IMG/VR virus record: IMGVR_UViG_3300046703_000335
Span: 62,001 to 126,000 of that record
DNA: 64,000 bases
Strand: one strand, 5' to 3'
Notes under the pieces: model-generated
What the model was told of the DNA's origin: nothing
Database searches by the model: none
The model's input: the letters and a program-made list of their open reading frames with translations, nothing else
Program-made: the position numbers and the translations under genes
Part shown: in pieces, positions 57,591-64,000 of the stretch
How the letters are laid out: each line of letters opens with the position of its first letter
Position numbering within the stretch: the first letter of the stretch is position 1

Positions 57591-57602
57591 AAGAGATTAT
57601 TA
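57591..57602 (-). promoter_or_regulatory. putative late promoter motif TAATAATCTCTT
   Basis: Exact motif in the 32-nt gap before the gp25-like gene. Confidence 0.6.
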
Positions 57603-59036
57603 TTAGCTCGACAAAACATCCCGAGTAGTTCTAGTTTTTTTCTCAAGAATGTCTGTTTGCATATCCACGGTGGGTGTCCCAGTTTTAGGATCAAGTTCAG
57701 ATCTTTTTACAAAGACTCTGTTGCCATTAACATCCTTTGTAGCGACCTCATCACAAAAAGGTATATCCCCCCCATATTTCCTACGGACTTTCTCACGAAC
57801 ACAATCTTCGATATTTGTATCCCGATCATATAAGAATGTTTTTGGGAATTTCGTGAATAGTGCTATTTTTCTTAGATATTTACCACTTGTCCTAATAAAT
57901 TTATCATCAAGATTCTCAACACCTAATTGAAGCTTATCTTTAATATTCGAGATATTCTGATTAACACCTATATTTATTGTAAAATTATTACTAGAGACAC
58001 TCTCAAGTGTTGTATGCTCTACTTTATTTTCAGCTACAAAAGATTTTGAGATTTCATTCGCAGAATTTACAAGACCATCTACAACAGAATTCCCTATACC
58101 TTTTATCCCTCTAACAAGATCGATTGTCATTTTAACATTAGATATAAGCTTATCCAGACTACCTGAAAAATTCTGCAATTTTATAAGTATATCCTTTTTA
58201 TGCGGGATAGCATCCACGTACTTATCCTGTAGATTGTCTACATCATATGGTCCAAAATATATAGATATATCTCTAAAAACTGTTGTATAAAAACCTTCCT
58301 CCATTTGATCTAACGGAGTGGGTTTATATGTGTCTTGTAGTATATCAGCAAACTTCTTAACAGAATTCTTTTTATCATAATAAATAGTGCTATACCTATC
58401 AAAATAATTATTCTGGAATTTTATATAAGAATCCACCGTAAAATTATCTGGTATAGCTGTAACTATGGATTTAAATTCAAGAAGATTTTGATATAAAGAT
58501 TTTATTTTATCAAGATTTTTTACAGAATCATTATATTCTTGCTGATTTTCTTTTATGTTATCCTGATATTCTTCAATAGATTTTTGGACAGATTCCAGCG
58601 TTGCTTCCAAATGCGATTTTTTTAGTCTCATCTTACTTAAGGTATCATGATATTCCTCTATCTCATCTTGTAATGATCCATATTTATTTCGGAGTAAATT
58701 GATAGTTCTTAAAAAAGTTATATTTGGGATATTAGGAAGCATAGCTTCTTCAATAGGAACAGCACTCATTGCAGGCTCTGAGACAGTGCTCGGTACTATA
58801 TCATCTGAAGATACTGCATTAAAAACAGGATAATTTACATCAATACCATTATTTGTTAAAAAGGATAGAAAGTCTTCCCTTACTACTAATATATGCCTAT
58901 TAATATCTTCTATTCTTTTTTTTAATATTCTAATTCTATCTTCATGATACTCTTTCTGAGTCTTAGCAATTGTCATCAGTTCCTGAATATCAGCAATACT
59001 ATTAGCTTTTACATACGTATCTTTTCTTCTTCTCAT
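57603..59036 (-). CDS. hypothetical coiled-coil protein (structural module)
   Basis: 477 aa with heptad-rich N-terminal half. Confidence 0.7.
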   Translation of the reverse strand: MRRRKDTYVKANSIADIQELMTIAKTQKEYHEDRIRILKKRIEDINRHILVVREDFLSFLTNNGIDVNYPVFNAVSSDDIVPSTVSEPAMSAVPIEEAMLPNIPNITFLRTINLLRNKYGSLQDEIEEYHDTLSKMRLKKSHLEATLESVQKSIEEYQDNIKENQQEYNDSVKNLDKIKSLYQNLLEFKSIVTAIPDNFTVDSYIKFQNNYFDRYSTIYYDKKNSVKKFADILQDTYKPTPLDQMEEGFYTTVFRDISIYFGPYDVDNLQDKYVDAIPHKKDILIKLQNFSGSLDKLISNVKMTIDLVRGIKGIGNSVVDGLVNSANEISKSFVAENKVEHTTLESVSSNNFTINIGVNQNISNIKDKLQLGVENLDDKFIRTSGKYLRKIALFTKFPKTFLYDRDTNIEDCVREKVRRKYGGDIPFCDEVATKDVNGNRVFVKRSELDPKTGTPTVDMQTDILEKKTRTTRDVLSS

Positions 59037-59039
59037 ATT

Positions 59040-60797
59040 TTACCCCAAGCCAAGCATTTTTAAAAGAGTGGAAATAGCCTTCCCAGTATCCTCATATTTT
59101 TTCTTTAATCCTTCTGCACTATTTTCTGGAACAATTTCTTTTAATCTATTGGGATCATCTAAATTTGGAATACCATATAGGAGTATTAATCCCAACATTA
59201 TTCCCTTTTCATTAAAAGTAGCTATCGGAGAATTTTTTTCAACTTTCCCTGCATTTTTTAAATAATCATTTAAAGATTTACTATCTTTTGGAGTTTCTTT
59301 AGTAGAAGTACCGGAATTACAAGCCTTATTAAAGCGGTCTACAAATCCTCTCATACCCCCCTTTTCAAGAGGTAGATTTAAAACCATGAATGTCCCACGC
59401 ATACTAAAAGATGCCAATCGAGCTACAAGATTTTTTATCTTTTCCGTCACAGCCAATAAGTCTTCAACTTTTTCTCCATAAAACTTAAGATAATCATTTA
59501 TAGCATCGCTTCCTGTACTTACTAAACCCAAGAGCTTATCTGTAAGAGCATCAAGATTATTAAACATTCCGTCTACTTGTTTCCCTAACATTCTTCTCAC
59601 GGTAACGGATTGCCAATCCCCCTCAAGATCAAAGGGGGATAATAACTCTCCACTTATTGATAAATTCATATATTTTTTAAGTTCTGATATTGGGATACAT
59701 TCCATAGGGACATTTGCTAAAACCTGGGGAGTAGCTATTGGACTACTTATAGATTTTAAATAAGGATGCTCTTCAAGATAATCATCCCCAAAGACAGAAT
59801 AAATCTTATATAAATAATTGGTCTCTTGCTTAATATCAAAATCTATATAGCTATATGATGGTCTTAATGGATTGTATTTTTGCTTTAAAATTGGATCATC
59901 ATTAGTAAATACATAATCGGGTACATCAACCCCATCTAAATTAAAAATAACTGGTATAGCCCCTAAATTACTTTTACGATAGACATAAAAAGATCCAACG
60001 GGTGTTTCAGGAGATTCCCACACCAACTTAACACCAAGAGTCATTATCCCATTTTTATTATAAAAACCTGGAGTAGCTTTAAATTTTTGAGCAGGCGATG
60101 GGTAAGGGATTTTAAACCCAAAAAGGCTAGATAACTTTTTAAAGTTATCCAATAAATTTCTCAAATAATCTGGATCATCTACACCACCAAGCATAGCTAT
60201 TATAACGCCACCAACCTTATCTGCTTCTACAAATTTTGGTGCATCAGAATCTGTACTACTTAAACAAGTAGCATTCACTCGAGTAATAAATTCCTGGTAT
60301 CCCCCAAAAGTAGGAATACTATATTTAGGGAAAGTCTTATCAAAATCAGGAGTAATAAGACTTGAGTAAATTCCTGTGGAAACTAATGAGTTAATAAATT
60401 CTTTTAAAACTTTAGCTAACTGTTTAATTGCAAACTTTATAAGACCTGATGTAGAAATAACGTTACCACTTAACAATCTGATAATTTTTAGTAATAATGT
60501 AATTGTTTCAGTTATCTTATCTAAAGTCTTGAAAAAATTCTCTGCACCTTTTACCGTAGTGTCTATACCGTCTAAAGAGAGTGATATTGTCCAGTTATTC
60601 CAGCTATCCCCCGATGTACCCCCTGTTATACCACTTGAGATATCCTCACGTTTAGTAATCTGAGGATTTATCGTAGCAGATATCTTTTGAGATGGTTTAA
60701 GGATATATTCTTGTACAGTAATTGTAGGAACATCAAAATCCTCCAATTTAGGCTTTACAAAATCAGGTACTATATCATATTTAATTCTTACCGACAT
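59040..60797 (-). CDS. hypothetical tail/baseplate protein with FN3-like insert
   Basis: ATG 60797 with AAGGA RBS; helical hydrophobic segments flanking an FN3-like part (KLVWESP...FYVYRK...YIDFD...YLYKIYSV). Confidence 0.65.
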   Translation of the reverse strand: MSVRIKYDIVPDFVKPKLEDFDVPTITVQEYILKPSQKISATINPQITKREDISSGITGGTSGDSWNNWTISLSLDGIDTTVKGAENFFKTLDKITETITLLLKIIRLLSGNVISTSGLIKFAIKQLAKVLKEFINSLVSTGIYSSLITPDFDKTFPKYSIPTFGGYQEFITRVNATCLSSTDSDAPKFVEADKVGGVIIAMLGGVDDPDYLRNLLDNFKKLSSLFGFKIPYPSPAQKFKATPGFYNKNGIMTLGVKLVWESPETPVGSFYVYRKSNLGAIPVIFNLDGVDVPDYVFTNDDPILKQKYNPLRPSYSYIDFDIKQETNYLYKIYSVFGDDYLEEHPYLKSISSPIATPQVLANVPMECIPISELKKYMNLSISGELLSPFDLEGDWQSVTVRRMLGKQVDGMFNNLDALTDKLLGLVSTGSDAINDYLKFYGEKVEDLLAVTEKIKNLVARLASFSMRGTFMVLNLPLEKGGMRGFVDRFNKACNSGTSTKETPKDSKSLNDYLKNAGKVEKNSPIATFNEKGIMLGLILLYGIPNLDDPNRLKEIVPENSAEGLKKKYEDTGKAISTLLKMLGLG

Positions 60798-60905
60798 TTT
60801 TAATATCCTTTTCAATAGCTTTACAAAGTCTATTTAAGGCAGGAGCGAACATCTCAGAAATACCCTGTGATTTACCGGCTTCTATCATTATCCAGCCAGG
60901 TTCTT

Positions 60906-63900
60906 CTACGATATCTGACCCAGAGTCTCGATGTCCAAGTTCCCCTTCTCTATAGCATTCTTCAGCATGTTCGCTCGTTGATCGCATCCAAACTCCTTGT
61001 GAAATTTCATATAAAGCCAAAGATATTTATTAGATACTATAGCCTCATTAATTACTGAACTTTTAATCTGATTATAACGTCCTGTACGTAAATAACCCAA
61101 AAAGTTGTTTAAATCTATTGCAGTTGGATTATTCTCATTATAATTTTCTGGGGTATAGTAATCATACATAAGATTACCTTGAGAATCCCTCCAAGGCATT
61201 CCCAAACGTTCTTTAATATAATTATATTGTATGTGAAGATTATGGTCTGATATCTGTACAAATTTAATATCCCCCAGAATACCAAAATAAACATGGGCTG
61301 GAGTATTATTGGATACAAGACTATATCCTTCTGAATTCAATCTCCCAGTATCCACAGATGAAATCTCTATGGGAAGAACATCACAGAATAAAAATCCTGT
61401 AGAATAATTGCCCTTAATAGAATTAATAAATGCATGGAGATCTGTATTACTCGAAAGTGCTTTTGTATATGTATTGAATGAGATCACTGTGATATTACTA
61501 TCAGAAACGTTAATTGTCGCTTTAGGAGTCATATTCAAAACTTTAAAAGCAACTATATCATGTAATCTTGCTCCCAGGTATGTTCCATCCACGTTTATCG
61601 AACTTGATAAATTCAAAAGTCTATCAGATGCATAGTATCTATAGCTATCTGAAAGTACCGTACTATTAAATAAGGGTGTAAATATAGCATCAGGATAAGG
61701 TTTTATAGATCTTAAAAAGTCAGATAAAAAACCTATATTAATACCTGCAAGACTATATGCTGGTAAGGTATATGTGCCTCGATATGCTATATCATATTTA
61801 ATTATTATTCTGTCTCGAGTTCTGGGAATAACGTATGTTACATTATTAACAGTATAATTAGATCCTGATAAATGTCGTATCTTAATTTGTATGGCAGTAT
61901 ATCTTTGTGCACCGATATACATACTAAGATTAGTACCTACCGTACTTACTATCCTGTCAAAAAATGAAGGCAAAAGATACTTACTCATAGACCCGGACAA
62001 TCCATGACTACCAGGATCAAGGACTGCTTCTACAAGGGAATCCGCTATCTCTGGAGCCAATGCCGCATTTATACTATTTGTTAAACCATCAATAGTTCTA
62101 TTACTAATTTCGTTAAAGAAGAAAGTACGTTCATACTTGTAGTTTAAATTCCAATCGCAAGAAGCACTCAAAGTATCCGTTCCATCATCTACCGTAATAT
62201 TAGATGCTGTGAATTGATAATTAGAAGCGGGTTTAATTTGTAATACATTTTCATCTTTCAGCATAATATTATCAGTTATAGATAATGGTACATTAGCATG
62301 AAAATTAGGAAGATAACTATATTCAAAATATCCGGGATTAAACTTATCCTCACGAGTGAACTTAAGATTAGCATAAAACCATTTATTGACAATATTATTA
62401 TTGTTTATTCTATTTACAAGATCAGCTATACTTTCCTTATCTGGAGCCATAGCATGCCCGGATCCTGCTAATGGTAACCCGTATCCTAAGGTTTTAACGG
62501 GCTGACCAAGATCGGATGCCTTAATAAAATCTACAGAAGAACTTTTAAAATATAACCAGTTATCCTTAACTTCATACTGAGCATTATAATCCCAGCTATA
62601 TATATCAAAAGCTATAATATCTTTTCTGAACCCTTGAGGGACATTACTCAATGTATCAATATAAGCTGCCTCTGGATCTCCTATGGTAAACTTATGAGTT
62701 TCCCCATAGCTATATCTTTCTTCCTTAATATTTATTCGATGCTTTATATTACCCTTAAGAATAATATTATTAAGCTTCCACCCAATTAACTGATTGTTCT
62801 TATATAATACCGTACCATCAGACATATCTACGGTAAATGACTTGATAATTGGAACAAATGCAGTTTCAAACTCAGAGCTCTTATATTTACCTTCTACTTC
62901 TGAATTACCAATTAATTTAGCGGTAAAAAATGCCCGGTTACCATTATCATCAACTTCTCCTGATGCATTAAATTTAGTTAGAACAATAGCTTCAACAAGT
63001 TCATTGATAGTACTATATTTTCGAAGATTATATGTTGCGCTATTACTTTCAGATCCATTAATCCTTGTAAGAATTAACTCTTTAAGTGCCCCAACAACTG
63101 GGCTATCTTCTACAACTTTTATCTGATTATATTGTTCCTCTGTAATTGGTTTGTTATTGTCTATTAAATCCAGGATTTCTTGTGGAGTCATATAACTCTT
63201 GTAGTCTCCTGAATCAAAATCTGAGAATGATACAGACCATTCAAAACCATCTATACAACTTAGTTCGATAATCTCTCTATTATTAATTACATTCCATTTA
63301 CCAGACACTGGTATACCCTCTATAGCGGCTTTATTTGGATTACCATTAGATGTGTACATTGGAAAGGAAAACACAGCATTTTTTATACTGGATATCGTTC
63401 TACTATTGGAATCTTTCCCACTTATTGCTTCAATATACGTATCTACATATACAGTTGTTACCCAATCAAATCCTACAGGTAAAATATTGACATTTGTTAG
63501 AATATATGAAGTAGTTAAACCACTTTTAGGTTCAGCCTCATATACTGAAGATGCTGATAAAAGATTCTCTCCTAAATAAATGAAGCTATTAATCTCATCA
63601 CATATCTCAGCCAAAGTTTTAAATGATCCATCTATTTTTTGAAATGAAAATGTAAAAATATCAGAGATAGTGGTATCTTTATATATAACTTTTCCATCAA
63701 CAATAAGATTATAGAAAATTATATCCAGCTTCTTTATCTTAGCACTATCCGTATATATACGATAATAAAATTGATCTGTATTTTTATCTACAGAACTATA
63801 GATATTATTCGTAGAAATATATGGAATTGCAAAAAATTCCTTAGCAGAAACATAATCTGAAGTACTTATAAAAAGATCTGATGTACGAGATCTATTAGCT

Positions 63901-63998
63901 GTGGGTACTGTGCTATGAAACAAATAAGTGTTATTTATTTCACTAGACAACTCAAATATAGTCTTATATGCATTTGAATTACTGCCTATGATATATAA
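60906..63998 (-). CDS. very large virion structural protein, 5'-truncated by the window edge
   Basis: Frame stays open from 63950 up to 63998 with no stop, so the true start is outside the window; repeated T(L/I).(E/D)L...IN motifs. Confidence 0.75.
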   Translation of the reverse strand, partial: LYIIGSNSNAYKTIFELSSEINNTYLFHSTVPTANRSRTSDLFISTSDYVSAKEFFAIPYISTNNIYSSVDKNTDQFYYRIYTDSAKIKKLDIIFYNLIVDGKVIYKDTTISDIFTFSFQKIDGSFKTLAEICDEINSFIYLGENLLSASSVYEAEPKSGLTTSYILTNVNILPVGFDWVTTVYVDTYIEAISGKDSNSRTISSIKNAVFSFPMYTSNGNPNKAAIEGIPVSGKWNVINNREIIELSCIDGFEWSVSFSDFDSGDYKSYMTPQEILDLIDNNKPITEEQYNQIKVVEDSPVVGALKELILTRINGSESNSATYNLRKYSTINELVEAIVLTKFNASGEVDDNGNRAFFTAKLIGNSEVEGKYKSSEFETAFVPIIKSFTVDMSDGTVLYKNNQLIGWKLNNIILKGNIKHRINIKEERYSYGETHKFTIGDPEAAYIDTLSNVPQGFRKDIIAFDIYSWDYNAQYEVKDNWLYFKSSSVDFIKASDLGQPVKTLGYGLPLAGSGHAMAPDKESIADLVNRINNNNIVNKWFYANLKFTREDKFNPGYFEYSYLPNFHANVPLSITDNIMLKDENVLQIKPASNYQFTASNITVDDGTDTLSASCDWNLNYKYERTFFFNEISNRTIDGLTNSINAALAPEIADSLVEAVLDPGSHGLSGSMSKYLLPSFFDRIVSTVGTNLSMYIGAQRYTAIQIKIRHLSGSNYTVNNVTYVIPRTRDRIIIKYDIAYRGTYTLPAYSLAGINIGFLSDFLRSIKPYPDAIFTPLFNSTVLSDSYRYYASDRLLNLSSSINVDGTYLGARLHDIVAFKVLNMTPKATINVSDSNITVISFNTYTKALSSNTDLHAFINSIKGNYSTGFLFCDVLPIEISSVDTGRLNSEGYSLVSNNTPAHVYFGILGDIKFVQISDHNLHIQYNYIKERLGMPWRDSQGNLMYDYYTPENYNENNPTAIDLNNFLGYLRTGRYNQIKSSVINEAIVSNKYLWLYMKFHKEFGCDQRANMLKNAIEKGNLDIETLGQIS

Positions 63999-64000
63999 TT

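Noticed and set aside
60781-61020. 79-aa ORF overlapping the end of the giant structural gene (frameshift or readthrough product?)
   Set aside because: Readthrough of TAG 60906 meets TAA within 6 codons and I see no clear slippery site; at most a 35-aa ORF from 60888 with a weak RBS.
1-64000. Stop-codon reassignment (code 15 or 4) as in some large phages
   Set aside because: Genes are full length and tightly packed under code 11; TAA, TAG and TGA all end genes at sensible positions.

Overview
AT-rich fragment of a large, contractile-tailed (myovirus/jumbo-like) phage genome. Essentially all real genes are on the minus strand, densely packed, and use the standard code. Reading in transcription direction (64000 to 1): (i) a ~39 kb virion module with baseplate gp25-like, baseplate-J-like and wedge proteins, two paralogous ~1070/1470 aa tail proteins, collagen-like G-x-T proteins, tail fibres and a cluster of about 14 PKD/Ig domains over 7 genes, several preceded by a shared TAATAATC(T/A)(C/A)TT putative late promoter; (ii) a TnpB-only IS607-like element; (iii) a replication operon (SNF2 helicase, degenerate helicase loader, DnaB, primase Zn-finger, intein-containing family A polymerase, sigma-like factor, SLOG/DprA-like, DUF932-like, HNH, NAD-dependent ligase, ParB); (iv) an accessory region. 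The most striking feature is at 1-1960. A separately promoted and terminated ~720 nt non-coding transcript carries three (possibly four) RNAs that share a conserved closing-stem motif. One encloses a complete tRNA with a UAU anticodon and one an acceptor-less tRNA-Arg(UCU) mimic. They are separated by two miniaturised type I-C CRISPR repeat look-alikes and lie just upstream of a small ubiquitin-like gene and a Ro60/TROVE-like gene. I interpret this as a candidate phage Ro60/Y-RNA-like RNP system whose RNA array may be processed by, or may decoy, host Cas5d/Cascade. Protein family calls come from motif recognition by eye, not database searches.
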